NCBI GenBank assembly: GCA_963804955.1
Contig: CAWDSQ010000005.1
Coordinates: 96,001-160,000, forward strand
Direction of reading: 5' to 3'
Length of the DNA stretch: 64,000 nt
Origin: an uncultured delta proteobacterium
GTDB taxonomy: Bacteria; Desulfobacterota; WTBG01; CAIYCZ01; CAIRTM01
A program made the translations under genes and the position numbers. The notes below the pieces were generated by a model. The model was not told the origin of the DNA. It saw only the letters and a program-made list of their open reading frames with translations, and did no database searches. Below, one piece after another: positions 50,539-62,089 of this stretch (the first letter of the stretch is position 1; each line of letters begins with the position of its first letter).

Positions 50539-52362
50539 ATGGAAGCATGGAGCGGTAAAATTTTACGGGTGGATTTAACTGCGCGGGAATTTGCGTTTGA
50601 AGATATCGACCCGGAAATAGAAAAAGACTATATCGGCGGCAGAGGCGTTGGAACAAAAATCTACTGCGACGAGGTTGATGCCGACATTGATCCCCTGAGC
50701 CCTGAAAACAAGCTGATCTTCATGACCGGCCCCCTGACCGGCACAGGCGCACCATGCAGCGCCCGCTACATGGTCATTACCAAGTCGCCCCTCACCGGCG
50801 CCATTGCCTGCTCGAATTCCGGCGGGTACTTTCCCGCCGAGCTGCGGTTTGCCGGCATCGACGGCATCATTTTCGAGGGCAGGGCAGACGAGCCCGTGTA
50901 TCTCTGGATCAATGACGACGAGATCGAAATCCGCACGGCAGATCATCTGTGGGGCAAGACCACGCATGAAACCGAAGATCTGATACGGGCGGAGATTTCA
51001 GACCCCTGGCTTGCAAAGGAAATTCATATTGCCTCCATCGGCCCGGCGGGCGAAAATCTCGGCAAACTCGCCTGCATTATGAATGACAAGCACCGCGCAG
51101 CAGGCCGCTCGGGCGTGGGCGCTGTCATGGGCTCAAAGAACCTGAAGGCGGTTGTGGTTAAAGGATCAAAGGGCATTGGAAAAATAAACCGCGACGCTTT
51201 CAAGAAATCCGTGCGCACTGCCATGGATAAGCTGAAGGCCGGACCGGTTACCTCCCAGGGCCTTCCCAAATACGGCACGGCGATTCTTGTGAACATTATC
51301 AATGAGTGCGGCATCCTGCCCACCAACAATTTCCAGACAGGCACATTTGCCACAGCGGGCAAAATCAGCGGCGAAACCATTGCCGAGACAACCCTTACCC
51401 GCAACAAAGGCTGCTTTGCCTGCACCATCGGCTGCGGCAGAGCCACCAAAATTGATGACCCGAAATATCAGGGCCACGGCGAAGGCCCTGAGTATGAAAC
51501 CGTTGAGCTCATGGGCGCAGACTGCGGCATTGATAATCTCGCGGCCATCACCAAGGCAAACTATATCTGCAATGAGCTCGGCATGGACACGATATCGGCG
51601 GCCTGCACGGTTGCCACTGCCATGGAGCTCTATGAAAAGGGCTATATGCCGAAAGAGGATGCGGGCATGGATTTAAGCTTCGGCAATGCCGATGCCCTGG
51701 TTAAGCTCATTGAGCAGATGGGCCGCAGAGAAGGCCTGGGCGCAGTAGCGGCAGACGGCGGCTATGTGCTGGCGGAAAAATACGGCCACACCGAGCTGTT
51801 CATGGGCGTTAAAAAACAGGAAATACCGGCCTATGATCCGCGCGGGGTGCAGGGCATGGGCCTTACCTATGCAACGTCTAACCGCGGGGCCTGCCATGTG
51901 CGCGGCTACCTGATTGCCAATGAAGTGCTCGGCGTGCATGCGAAAATGGATCCACACACAACCAAGGACAAGCCCGCGACAGTGAAATTTTTTCAGGAGC
52001 TTACCGCGGTTGTCGATTCAGCGGGCCTGTGCCTTTTTGTAACTCTGACCCCGAACATGGGCTATGAGGACATGCGCGACATGCTCAATGCCGTGACCGG
52101 TTTTAATTACACCACGGAAGAGGTCATACGGGCCGGCGAGCGCATCTGGAACCTTGAGCGGCAGTTCAACCTCAGGGCGGGCTTTACAAAAGCCGATGAC
52201 ACGCTGCCCGAGCGCCTTCTGAAAGAACCGTTGCTGGAAGGCGGGGCCAAGGGCCTTGTGTGCGAGCTTGATGTCATGCTGCCCGAGTATTACCAGCTGC
52301 GCGGGTGGGATGAAAACGGCATTCCCACAAGCGAAAAGATTGCCGAACTCGGCCTTGCATAA
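50539..52362 (+). CDS. aor: tungsten aldehyde:ferredoxin oxidoreductase
   Basis: YIGGRG, TKSPLTG, AAGRSGVGAVMGSKNLKA, CFACTIGC, EGPEYET, AYDPRG, RGACH, DSAGLCLF. Confidence 0.96.
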   Translation: MEAWSGKILRVDLTAREFAFEDIDPEIEKDYIGGRGVGTKIYCDEVDADIDPLSPENKLIFMTGPLTGTGAPCSARYMVITKSPLTGAIACSNSGGYFPAELRFAGIDGIIFEGRADEPVYLWINDDEIEIRTADHLWGKTTHETEDLIRAEISDPWLAKEIHIASIGPAGENLGKLACIMNDKHRAAGRSGVGAVMGSKNLKAVVVKGSKGIGKINRDAFKKSVRTAMDKLKAGPVTSQGLPKYGTAILVNIINECGILPTNNFQTGTFATAGKISGETIAETTLTRNKGCFACTIGCGRATKIDDPKYQGHGEGPEYETVELMGADCGIDNLAAITKANYICNELGMDTISAACTVATAMELYEKGYMPKEDAGMDLSFGNADALVKLIEQMGRREGLGAVAADGGYVLAEKYGHTELFMGVKKQEIPAYDPRGVQGMGLTYATSNRGACHVRGYLIANEVLGVHAKMDPHTTKDKPATVKFFQELTAVVDSAGLCLFVTLTPNMGYEDMRDMLNAVTGFNYTTEEVIRAGERIWNLERQFNLRAGFTKADDTLPERLLKEPLLEGGAKGLVCELDVMLPEYYQLRGWDENGIPTSEKIAELGLA

Positions 52363-52397
52363 TGCTCGGGCAAACTTTTCCGGAAAAGCGCTGAGCC

Positions 52398-52652
52398 ATG
52401 AACATAGAAGTTCGGACATTTATAAACTTTAAGAGCTATATGCCGCCGGATGCAAAAGACGGCAAGGCAGTTCTTGCCATACAAGACGGGGCAACATTTT
52501 CTGATTTACTGAAAGTTCTGGGCATACCAATGGAAGAGCCCAGGATTGTGGTGCTCAACGGCGTTTCCCAGGGTACAACTCCCGAGGTCAATACGCGCGT
52601 TTTACAGGAAGGCGATATTGTTGCCATTTTCCCCCCTATCGGGGGGGGGTGA
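52398..52652 (+). CDS. MoaD/ThiS-family sulfur carrier
   Basis: Ends LQEGDIVAIFPPIGGG. Confidence 0.9.
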   Translation: MNIEVRTFINFKSYMPPDAKDGKAVLAIQDGATFSDLLKVLGIPMEEPRIVVLNGVSQGTTPEVNTRVLQEGDIVAIFPPIGGG

Positions 52653-52709
52653 GATTTAGTATATTTGGTGTTATAATAAAACAACTTAAGGGCATCAACG
52701 GGGTATACT

Positions 52710-53090
52710 ATGAAAAAAATCAAGATCGACCAGCAGAAATGCACCGGCTGCCGGAACTGCGAGACCGCCTGCTCCCTGAATCATAACGAGGATACGGTCA
52801 ATCCGCAGAAGTCAAGAATCAGGGTATACATGGAAGAGGAAAAGGACATCTACTATCCTCTCATCGCAGGCCCTTTCACTGAAGCCGAGTGCACGTCAAA
52901 GCTCATTGTCAACATCGACGGCAAGGACCATGACGAATGCACCCTGTGCAGGGCTTCATGCCCGGGCAGGCCATGGTTCAAGGAGCCCGACACGCAGGTC
53001 GCCCTGAAATGCGATTTCTGCGGTGATCCGCCCGATCCGCAGTGCGTGCTGGCATGCACCAGCGGCGCTTTGACCCTTATTGAAGTGTGA
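52710..53090 (+). CDS. 4Fe-4S electron-transfer subunit, BamC-like
   Basis: CTGCRNCETACS, DGKDHDECTLCRASCP.R..FKEPD..LKCDFC..PQCVLAC. Confidence 0.8.
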   Translation: MKKIKIDQQKCTGCRNCETACSLNHNEDTVNPQKSRIRVYMEEEKDIYYPLIAGPFTEAECTSKLIVNIDGKDHDECTLCRASCPGRPWFKEPDTQVALKCDFCGDPPDPQCVLACTSGALTLIEV

Positions 53091-53220
53091 TTGCATTGTT
53101 GCTCTTTTCTTGTGCTGCAGCTGCAAGACCACGGGCAAGCTCACGCAGGGAAAATACTTTAATCTTTAGACCGGGAAACGGCAAAAGTTTTTTGCCGGTG
53201 CTTCTGGAGGTTTAATCACG

Positions 53221-56200
53221 GTGTCCAGTCAGTCCGGATGCGGTTGCTGCCCACAGCCCGCTCTACCTATGTCTGATCAGAATCTGAATTGCGTTGGAAC
53301 TGCCAGTTCAGCTGTAATAAAAGACGATGGACCCAAAGTCGGGTCCGTGCTTGTTGTCGGCGGCGGCGTCGGCGGCATTCAGGCAGCCCTTGACCTTGCC
53401 GAGTCAGGCTACTTTGTCTATCTGGCCGAAGAGACCCCTGCCATCGGCGGGGTCATGGCGCGCCTTGATAAGACCTTCCCCACCAATGACTGCTCCATGT
53501 GCATTCTGTCTCCCAAGCTCGTGGAGTGCGGCAGGCATTTAAATATCAAAATCATACCCTACTCTGAAATTCAGAGCGTTGACGGCAGGCCCGGCAATTT
53601 TTCAGTAAAGATAAAACGGCATGCAAGCTTTGTCGATTCTGTAAAATGCACGGGCTGCAGCGAGTGCGCCCAGGCCTGCCCGGTTGAGGTTCCCAATGAG
53701 TTTGAAGAAGGCCTCACCAACAGAAAAGCCATTTACCGGCCCTACCCCCAGGCAGTGCCCGAATGTTTTCACCATTGATAAAATAGCAAAAGCGCCCTGC
53801 CGCGACGGCTGCCCCGCAGGCATCAATGTGCAGGGCTATGTCGCCCTGATAGGGCGGGAAAAATACCGGGAAGCACTCGATCTTATACGGGAAAACCTGC
53901 CCCTTCCCGGCGTGATCGGCAGAGTATGCCCGCACCCCTGCGAAACCGTCTGCAACCGCACAAAAATTGATGAGCCCCTTTCCATCTGCAGCCTGAAGCG
54001 CTATGCCGCAGACCAGGCAGGCTCTGAATTTGTAGCGCCCGCGATTGAAAAGCGGGAAGAGAAAGTCGCGATTATCGGCTCGGGCCCGGCTGGACTTACC
54101 TGCGCATACTTTCTTGCCCTCAAGGGCTTTAGCGTCACCATATTTGAAGCCCTTCCTGTTGCCGGCGGCATGCTGCGCGTGGGCATTCCCGACTACCGCC
54201 TGCCTCCGCCCGTCATCGAGTCTGAAATCGATATCATTAAAAAACTTGGCGTTGAGATAAAGACGAATACTCCGGTAAGCAAAGGCTCAATCGATACTCT
54301 TTTATCCGATGGCTATAAAGCCGTTTTCATAGCGGCAGGCAGTCACCGGAGCATGCCTCTTGACATACCGGGCGAGGATGCGAAGGGCGTTATTCCCGGC
54401 GTTGAATTTTTGCGCACGGTGAGCCTGGGCAAAAAAGTTGCAGTCGGCAAAAAGGTCGCCATTATCGGCGGCGGCGATGTGGCCATTGATGCTGCGCGCA
54501 CATCACTGCGCATGGGCGCCGAACAGGTTTCAATCATCTACCGCCGCTCCCGCAGGGAAATGCCCGCAAGCGCCGATGAGATTGAAAGCGCCCTGTATGA
54601 AGGCATAGCCATTGAATATCTGGCAGCCCCGGTGCGGGTTGTGGCTGAAAACAATACGGTGAAGGGGCTTGCCTGCGTGCGCATGAAGCTCGGGAGCCCC
54701 GACATGAGCGGCCGCAGAAGGCCCGTGCCGATCGAAGGCTCGGAATTTATCCTTGATGTCGACACGATCATCCCTGCCATCGGGCAGTTAAGCGATCTTT
54801 CATTCCTGTCTGATGCCGAAGAGGTGAAATGCTCCAAGCATGACCGCATCATTGCAGATTCGGTAACCCTTGCAACAAGCCGGACAGGCGTATTTGCCGG
54901 CGGCGACTGCGTGTCCGGGCCCTGGATCGCGATCGAGGCGGTTGCGGCAGGCAAGCGCGCAGCCATATCAATTGAGCGGTTTTTAAACGGGCAGGATCTC
55001 AAGGCAGGCCGTGAAAAACCTCCGGCGGTGAAGCCGTCTCCCGAGCTTGAAGACCGGTTTATGCACAAGCCCAAGGCTCCGCGCCAGAAAATGGCGCATA
55101 TTCCCAACGACAAAAGGAAGGGCAATTTCAGCGAGGTGGAGCTTGGCTTCACGCGTGAAGAAGCTCTCAAAGAAGCAGAGCGCTGCCTGAACTGCGGCAT
55201 TTGTTCAGAGTGCATGCAGTGCGTGGCAGCCTGCAAGGCAGGCGCCATAGACCACAGCTGTACCGAAAAGATAGATGAGATCAATGTGGGCTCGGTCATA
55301 CTCAGCCCGGGCTTTGATGAATTCAGGACCGATGCCGAGTATCTGAGCCAGAGCGGCTACACAAGCCTTATCTCGCAGTACGGCTACAGCAAATACCCCA
55401 ATGTCCTCACCAGCATCGAGTTTGAGCGAATACTGTCAGCCTCCGGCCCGTATGAGGGGCATCTCTTGCGGCCTTCAGACAAAAAGCCGCCTAAAAAAAT
55501 CGCCTGGATACAGTGCATCGGCTCCCGCGACGAAGCCTGCGACAGCGGCTACTGCTCATCGGTGTGCTGCATGTATGCCATCAAAGAGGCGGTCATTGCA
55601 AAAGAGCACAGCCCGACCCCACTGGACGTGACCATTTTCTACATGGACATGCGCACCTACGGCAAGGACTTTGACAAGTATTATGAGCGCGCCCGGGATG
55701 AGCACGGCATACATTTTGTACGCTCCAAGGTCTACGGTATCAGCGAGCCGAACGGCAATGGCAACCTTGCAGTCCGGTATGCCGAAGAAGGCGGCGCTGT
55801 GCGCACGGATGAATTCGACATGGTCACCCTGTCGGTTGGCTTGAAGCCGCGCAAAACCGCTGTTGAGCTTGCCGGCCGGCTCGGCATTGATCTTAATCAC
55901 TATAATTTCTGCAAGACCGACGGCTTTACGCCCGTCAACACATCACGCGATGGCATTTATGTATGCGGCGCTTTTCAGGGGCCAAAAGACATTCCTGAAA
56001 CCGTCATGCAGGCAAGCGGCGCAGCCGCGGCATCGGCAGCCCTTCTGTCTGAAGCCCGGGGAACCCTTGTGCAGAAAAAAGCCTTCCCCCCGGAAAAGAT
56101 CATCACCGGCGATCCGCCCCGGATCGGGGTTTTTGTCTGCCACTGCGGCATCAATATCGGCGGGGTGGTGAATGTGGCCGAGGTGAAGAAGTACGCGGCA

Positions 56201-57793
56201 ACGCTTCCCAATGTCGCGTATGTTGAAGAAAACATGTACACCTGCTCGCAGGACACGCAGGAAGCCATCAAGGAAAAAATCGAAAAGCACCGCCTGAACC
56301 GCGTGGTGGTTGCCTCATGCTCGCCGCGCACCCATGAGCCGCTTTTTCAGGAAACCATTCAGGAGCAGGGCCTTAATAAATATCTTTTTGAAATGGCCAA
56401 TATCCGCGACCAATGCAGCTGGGTGCATCAGAAAGAGCCTGCAAATGCAACGCAGAAGGCAAAGGATCTCGTGCGCATGGCTGTCGCCAAGACGCGCCTT
56501 GCCCAGCCCCTGCAGCAGATATCGCTGAAAACCACGCCCGTAGCCCTTGTCATGGGCGGCGGCATCTCGGGCATGGTGAGCGCTCTGAACCTGGCTGATC
56601 AGGGCTTTGAGGTACATCTTGTGGAAAAGGGCATGACCCTTGGCGGCATGGCGAAAAAAATCCACTTCACCCTTGAAGGCGGCGATGTGCAGGCATATCT
56701 CAAGGAACTGATCGAGAAGGTGACGCATCACCCGAAGATTCAGGTTTACCTGCGCGCCGCTATTGCCGAAACCTCGGGCTATATAGGAAACTTTGTCACC
56801 AAAATAAGCTTCGGGACAAAAAAGGAAGTGAAAGAGGTGAAGCACGGCGCAGTGGTTATAGCAACCGGCGCAGACGAGGCAAAGACCGCCGACTTTCTGT
56901 ATAAAAAGCACCGCGGCGTGGTGTCGCTTCTTGAGCTTGAAAGTGAAATTGCAAAGCAGAGTAAAAAGGTCAAGGACTGCCAGACCCTGGTCATGATTCA
57001 GTGCGCCGGATCCCGCGACAAGGACAGGCCCTATTGCAGCCGTGTCTGCTGCAGCGATGCTGTGAAGAATGCCCTGCTCCTTAAAGAGCTGAACCCGCAG
57101 ATGCAGATCTATGTCCTGTACCGCGACATGCGGACCTATGGCCTCAAAGAGGATTTCTACCGCAAGGCCCGGCAGAAGGGCGTGCTTTTTATTCATTATG
57201 AAGCCGATACAAAGCCCGAGATCGTGCCGGTCAAGGACGGGGCAAAGGAAGTGCTGCGGGTGACGGTTCAGGAACCCCTGCTCGGGGAGAAAATCGTCAT
57301 TGATGCTGATCTTGTGTCTCTTGCCCTTGGCGCCGAAGCGCCTGCTTTCAATAAAGAGCTGTCGCAGTATTTCAAGGTGCCTTTGAATCAGGACGGCTTT
57401 TTCCTTGAAGCCCATATGAAGCTGCGGCCTGTCGAGTTTGCGACCGACGGCGTTTTTATGTGCGGCCTTGCCCACAGCCCCAAATTCATCGAGGAAAGCA
57501 TTGCACAGGCCCAGGCAGCTGCCTCGCGCGCAGGGGCCGTGCTTTCGCGGGAAATTGTCGAGCTGCCGGGCACCATCTCATTTGTCAACCCGAGCAGGTG
57601 CGCGGGCTGCGGCGTCTGCGTAAGCGTATGCCCGTTTAACGCAATTGCCATGGACACGGAAAAGAATATCGCACAGATTAACGACGCCCTGTGCAAGGGC
57701 TGCGGCGCATGCACAAGCTCCTGCAAGTCCGGGGCGATAAATCTGTACGGATTTACCAATACGCAGATTATGACCGTGCTGGATGCGCTGTAA
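53221..57793 (+). CDS. hdrA: large heterodisulfide reductase subunit A with inserted GltD/NfnB-like NAD(P) oxidoreductase module (HdrL type), frameshift near 53760
   Basis: [77 protein letters not shown]-terminal 2x4Fe-4S. Confidence 0.92.
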
Positions 57794-57920
57794 GTAATTT
57801 TAAGAACGCAGTGACAGGTTTCAAACCTGTCATACAGCAAAAGGATTCCGGGCGAGCCGGAATGACAGTGTGTTTGATTGCGCCCCCCTTGTTTGTGCGG
57901 GGCGCTACTGAGGAACTGCA

Positions 57921-58361
57921 ATGGAAGAAAATAAAGATACGCAGTGGCAGCCAAAGATCGTCACATTCCTGTGCAACTGGTGCAGCTATGCAGGGGCTGA
58001 CCTTGCCGGCGTCTCCCGGCTGCAGTATCCGCCCAATACGCGCACCATCCGGGTTCCCTGCTCAGGCCGGGTAAATCCGCTGTTTATTCTGCGGGCTCTG
58101 GAGAACGGCGCCGACGGCGTGCTCGTGTCGGGCTGCCATCCCGGCGACTGCCATTACCTCAGCGGCAATTATGTAGCGCGCAGAAAGTTCGCCATTTTCA
58201 GCAGCCTGCTGGAGTATCTCGGTATTGAGAAAGGCCGGGTGCAGTATACCTGGGTGTCGGCTGCCGAGGCAGGCAGGTTTGCCGATATGATCACTCAGGT
58301 GACCGAAGATGTGCGCAAGCTCGGGCCTGCAAAAAAACTGGTTAAGCAGAAGGTTGAATAG
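57921..58361 (+). CDS. mvhD: MvhD/FlxD 2Fe-2S subunit
   Basis: FLCNWCSYAGADLAG, RVPCSGRV, GCHPGDCHY. Confidence 0.95.
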   Translation: MEENKDTQWQPKIVTFLCNWCSYAGADLAGVSRLQYPPNTRTIRVPCSGRVNPLFILRALENGADGVLVSGCHPGDCHYLSGNYVARRKFAIFSSLLEYLGIEKGRVQYTWVSAAEAGRFADMITQVTEDVRKLGPAKKLVKQKVE

Positions 58362-59315
58362 ATGGAACACCTGACAACCCAGATACGGGAAGTTGCAAAG
58401 AAGCTTTTTGAAGAGAACAAGGTTGACCTGATCATCGGTTTTGAGCAGGGCAGCCTGCCCCTGCGGGCAACCCCCTGCTTCATTCGCAGTGCTGAGGATA
58501 CCAAGAGACTTGTCTGGAACAGCGGCTGCGGCAATAATCTGGCAGCCTATGTGCCTGACTACAGCACGGAAAGAATCGGCATTATCGTCAAGGGCTGCGA
58601 CAGCCGCTCTGTGGTCGGGCTCATCAAAGAGCAGCAGATCGAGCGCGACCGGATCGTCATTATCGGCGTTGCCTGCACAGGCATGATCGATTGCAAACTG
58701 GTTGAAGAAAAGCTTGCAGGCCGGGAAGCTCTATCTGCTGAAGACGGCGCCGAGGATATTACCTTTAAGGGCCGCGGCTTTGAAGAGAAGGTGAAGAAGA
58801 GCGATCTTCTTGATGAAAGCTGCAGATTCTGCAAGCACCGGAACCCCGCTGTCTGCGATATCATGATCGGTGCTTCGGTTGAGGAAAACAAAGAAGGCGA
58901 TGAGTTTTTAACCGTCACAGAGTTTGAAGCAAAAAGCGCTGAAGAGCGCTGGGAGTATTTTAGCCAGCAGAGCCAGAAATGCATCAGGTGCTATGCCTGC
59001 CGCAATGCCTGCCCCTTGTGCTATTGCAAGGAATGCTGCGTGGACAGCTCGCAGCCCCAGTGGTTCGGGAAATCAACAGCCCTGTCCGACACGCAGGTAT
59101 TTCATATTATGCGCACTTTTCATACCGCGGGCCGCTGCGTTGACTGCGGCGCCTGCATGCGGGCATGCCCCATGGATGTTGACCTGCGGTTTTTAAACAA
59201 AAAGATCGATAAAGAGGTGCGCGAACTGTTTTCCTTTGAGGCCGGCATGAGCCTTGATGATGCTCCGCCGCTCAATACGTTTAAGGCCGATGATCCGCAG
59301 GAGTTTATAAAATAA
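58362..59315 (+). CDS. flxC: FlxC-like 4Fe-4S protein
   Basis: KGCDSRS, CIRCYACRNACPLCYC..C, HTAGRCVDCGAC.RACP. Confidence 0.8.
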   Translation: MEHLTTQIREVAKKLFEENKVDLIIGFEQGSLPLRATPCFIRSAEDTKRLVWNSGCGNNLAAYVPDYSTERIGIIVKGCDSRSVVGLIKEQQIERDRIVIIGVACTGMIDCKLVEEKLAGREALSAEDGAEDITFKGRGFEEKVKKSDLLDESCRFCKHRNPAVCDIMIGASVEENKEGDEFLTVTEFEAKSAEERWEYFSQQSQKCIRCYACRNACPLCYCKECCVDSSQPQWFGKSTALSDTQVFHIMRTFHTAGRCVDCGACMRACPMDVDLRFLNKKIDKEVRELFSFEAGMSLDDAPPLNTFKADDPQEFIK

Positions 59316-59374
59316 AATTCTATTGGCATTGGCTGGTTGGATGCCAAACAAACGGTGCACAAAAGATATGAATC

Positions 59375-59466
59375 GTCACCCCGGCGCAAGCCGGGGTCCA
59401 GAGTAGGGGCACGATGCATCGTGCCCCTACATGAGAATCCTGGATACCGGCTTTCGCCGGTATGAC
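59375..59466. repeat. nested REP elements
   Basis: Outer gtcaccccggcgcaagccggggtccag..ctggataccggctttcgccggtatgac; inner perfect palindrome gtaggggcacgatgcatcgtgcccctac at 59403-59430. Confidence 0.8.
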
Positions 59467-59494
59467 AAAAATGAGAGCGGAACTAATAAGCGCA

Positions 59495-60508
59495 ATGGAA
59501 ATAAAGATACTCGACAAAAAAGATCTGCCCGCATTCGTAAGCGAACTGGCCTCCGGCTTTCAGGTGTTTGCTCCTGTCAGAAAAAAGGAAGGCGTCGTGT
59601 TTGCGGCTGTGGCATCAAGTGATGACATATGCTTTGATGCCGCCAATACCAAAAAAAGCGTCAAGGAGCATTTTCTCCCTCAGCGCGAGCAGCTTTTTGC
59701 CTACAAAGAAGAAGAGATACGCGAGCCGTCTTTTCCCGATACGCACATGGTGGTCCTGGGCGTCAGGCCCTGTGATGCCCGAAGCCTTGCGATTCTCGAT
59801 AATGTATTCAACAGCAAAGACTACCCGGATCCCTATTATCTGAACAAGCGGGGCAACACCGTGGTTATCGCCATGGGCTGCACAGCACCTGAAAGCACCT
59901 GCTTTTGCACCTCCATCGGCGGCGACCCGTTTGCAACAGATGGCGCTGATGTGCTTATGATTGATACCGGAGAGGCATATGTGCTGCAGCCGGTGACTGA
60001 AAAGGGCAACGGCTTTCTTGCCGCCAGGAAAGCACTAACCCCCCCCGCTGACAGCCACGCGCAGGCACAAAAGAAAACTATGGAAGGCGGCCGCGCAGCT
60101 CTGAAACCACAGGTTCAGCCTGCGGAAGTAAAAAAGAAGCTGGATGAAAATTTTGAAAGCCCGATATGGGCGACTTTGCATGAAAAGTGCCTCGGCTGCG
60201 GCATATGCACATTTCTGTGCCCGACCTGTCACTGCTTTGATATGCTTGACGAGTCCATCGGCACGGCAGGCGAGCGCATCCGCATCTGGGATTCCTGCAT
60301 GTTTCCCCTGTTTACCCTCCACGCCTCAGGGTCAAACCCGAGGCCCGGCGCCAAGGAGCGGGTGCGGCAGCGGGTCATGCATAAGTTTAAATATTTTGTC
60401 GACAATTTCGGCACGGCAGCCTGCACGGGCTGCGGCAGATGCATCAAGTGCTGCCCGGTCAATCTTGATATCCGGCAGGTGCTCAATCAGATACAGGATC
60501 AAAAATAG
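59495..60508 (+). CDS. flxB: FlxB-like (AsrA/HydB-type) 4Fe-4S protein
   Basis: GVRPCDA, TCFCTS, CLGCGICTFLCPTCHCF, WDSC, HKF, CTGCGRCIKCCP. Confidence 0.85.
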   Translation: MEIKILDKKDLPAFVSELASGFQVFAPVRKKEGVVFAAVASSDDICFDAANTKKSVKEHFLPQREQLFAYKEEEIREPSFPDTHMVVLGVRPCDARSLAILDNVFNSKDYPDPYYLNKRGNTVVIAMGCTAPESTCFCTSIGGDPFATDGADVLMIDTGEAYVLQPVTEKGNGFLAARKALTPPADSHAQAQKKTMEGGRAALKPQVQPAEVKKKLDENFESPIWATLHEKCLGCGICTFLCPTCHCFDMLDESIGTAGERIRIWDSCMFPLFTLHASGSNPRPGAKERVRQRVMHKFKYFVDNFGTAACTGCGRCIKCCPVNLDIRQVLNQIQDQK

Positions 60509-60514
60509 ACAGCT

Positions 60515-61354
60515 ATGAAGAATCCCTACATACCCGAGCAGGCGCGCATCGAGCGTATCGTCATTGAAACCGATGACAGAAACATCAAGTCCTTTGACCT
60601 TGCCCTGATTGATACGGACAGGGCCAAAAGCTTTCAGTTCGTGCCGGGCCAGTTTGCCGAGCTTTCCCTGACCGGAAAAGGCGAAGCGCCCTTCGGCATT
60701 GCCTCATCCCCGAGCGAGCAGGGCATGCTCAAATTCAGCATCAACAAGGCGGGCCTGTTCACTACGGCCCTGCACAATTTGGAAGAAGGGGCGCTTGTGG
60801 GCATTCGCGCCCCCCTGGGCAATTATTATCCGGTCAAAGAGCTTGAAGGCAAAAATGTGGTGATCGTAAGCGGCGGCTTTGCCTTTACAACGCTCCGGTC
60901 GCTGATCATCTATCTGCTGCAGGAGGATATCCGGCCGAAGTATAAGGATATTACCGTCATTTATGGCGCGCGGCGGCCGGGCATGCTTCTGTACCGCGAT
61001 GAGCTTGAGGCCTGGGCCAAACGCTCAGATATTAACCTGCATATCACCGTTGATGCCCCGGCTGAGGGGTGGAGCGGTCTGGTTGGGTTTGTGCCCGCCA
61101 TCACCAAAGAGGTGGCGCCGTCTGCAGACAATGCCGCTGCGCTGGTGTGCGGCCCGCCTGTCATGATAAAATATACGATTCCTGTTTTAAAGGAGCTGGG
61201 ATTTTCACCCGAGCAGATCATACTCTCGCTTGAAATGCGCATGAAATGCGGCATCGGCATGTGCGGCCGCTGCAATATCGGCGGCAAATACGTGTGCAAG
61301 GACGGCCCGGTCTTTACGCTGGCGCAGTTAAACCAGATGCCTGATGAATACTAG
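60515..61354 (+). CDS. flxA: FlxA FAD/NAD-binding oxidoreductase
   Basis: GEAPFGIASSP, GGFAFTTLRS, VCGPPVMI, SLEMRMKCGIGMCGRC..CKDGPVF. Confidence 0.88.
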   Translation: MKNPYIPEQARIERIVIETDDRNIKSFDLALIDTDRAKSFQFVPGQFAELSLTGKGEAPFGIASSPSEQGMLKFSINKAGLFTTALHNLEEGALVGIRAPLGNYYPVKELEGKNVVIVSGGFAFTTLRSLIIYLLQEDIRPKYKDITVIYGARRPGMLLYRDELEAWAKRSDINLHITVDAPAEGWSGLVGFVPAITKEVAPSADNAAALVCGPPVMIKYTIPVLKELGFSPEQIILSLEMRMKCGIGMCGRCNIGGKYVCKDGPVFTLAQLNQMPDEY

Positions 61355-61376
61355 AAAATTATTGGAATTTGGATTT

Positions 61377-61561
61377 TAGAGCATTTTTCAAAATAGTATA
61401 GCCATATACGCACAGGTCGAGCTTTTGGTGAGTGCAGCCCGTGCGGTTCGAGCGATTGGCTTTGCATCATTAGCTGGCTTCACTTTGCGAGAATTTAGCA
61501 CGGGCAAACGAATCAAAAGTTCACCTGTGCGCACGGCTACAACAAAAAGAAAAATGCTCTA
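61377..61561. mobile_element. MITE, copy 2
   Basis: Same TIR and internal sequence blocks as 48186-48371. Confidence 0.85.
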
Positions 61562-61609
61562 GATTTTGGACTTATAAATCCAAAATATCTCAACACGGAG
61601 GTAAAAGTT

Positions 61610-62080
61610 TTGGAAGCAATTGAAATAAACAAACTGAATCCTGACTTCAAGCATGAGGTTTCAGAGCATCCCGGCGGCGACGGCATCAAGGCGTGCTTTG
61701 CCTGCGGCGCCTGCACCGGCGGCTGCCCGGCATCGGAGGCTGACCCTGCCTATGATCCGCGCAAGATCATCCGGATGATACTGCTCGGGATGAAAGAAAA
61801 AGTGCTTTCCTCAGACCTCATCTGGCTGTGCAGCACGTGCTACTCCTGCTCCTTTCATTGCCCGCAGAATGTGCAGTTCGTGAAGGTCATGGGCGTGCTG
61901 CGCGACATGGCGGTGAAGGAAGGCTATGCGCTGCCCGGCTTTCTTAAAACCATGGAGTCCATCGACAAATTTTCGCAGACCGTGCGGCACAATATGGTCA
62001 TGTCGATTGTTGATAAAAAGAAAGAGGATTTCAGCATTAACACCAAAGACCTTTTGAAACAGGTCGCAGACAGACTGTAA
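61610..62080 (+). CDS. hdrC: heterodisulfide reductase subunit C
   Basis: RBS GGAGG, TTG start; CFACGACTGGCP, PRKIIRM, IWLCSTCYSCSFHCP. Confidence 0.88.
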   Translation: MEAIEINKLNPDFKHEVSEHPGGDGIKACFACGACTGGCPASEADPAYDPRKIIRMILLGMKEKVLSSDLIWLCSTCYSCSFHCPQNVQFVKVMGVLRDMAVKEGYALPGFLKTMESIDKFSQTVRHNMVMSIVDKKKEDFSINTKDLLKQVADRL

Positions 62081-62089
62081 GGAACAGCT

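Noticed and set aside
50539..52362. BamB (class II benzoyl-CoA reductase), suggested by the BamC-like neighbour
   Set aside because: The protein has canonical AOR motifs (EGPEYET, AYDPRG, RGACH) and AOR length, and no benzoyl-CoA pathway genes are in the window
57921..58361. Selenocysteine in MvhD
   Set aside because: Positions that are often Sec (CNWC, GCHPGDC) are all Cys codons and the ORF is uninterrupted
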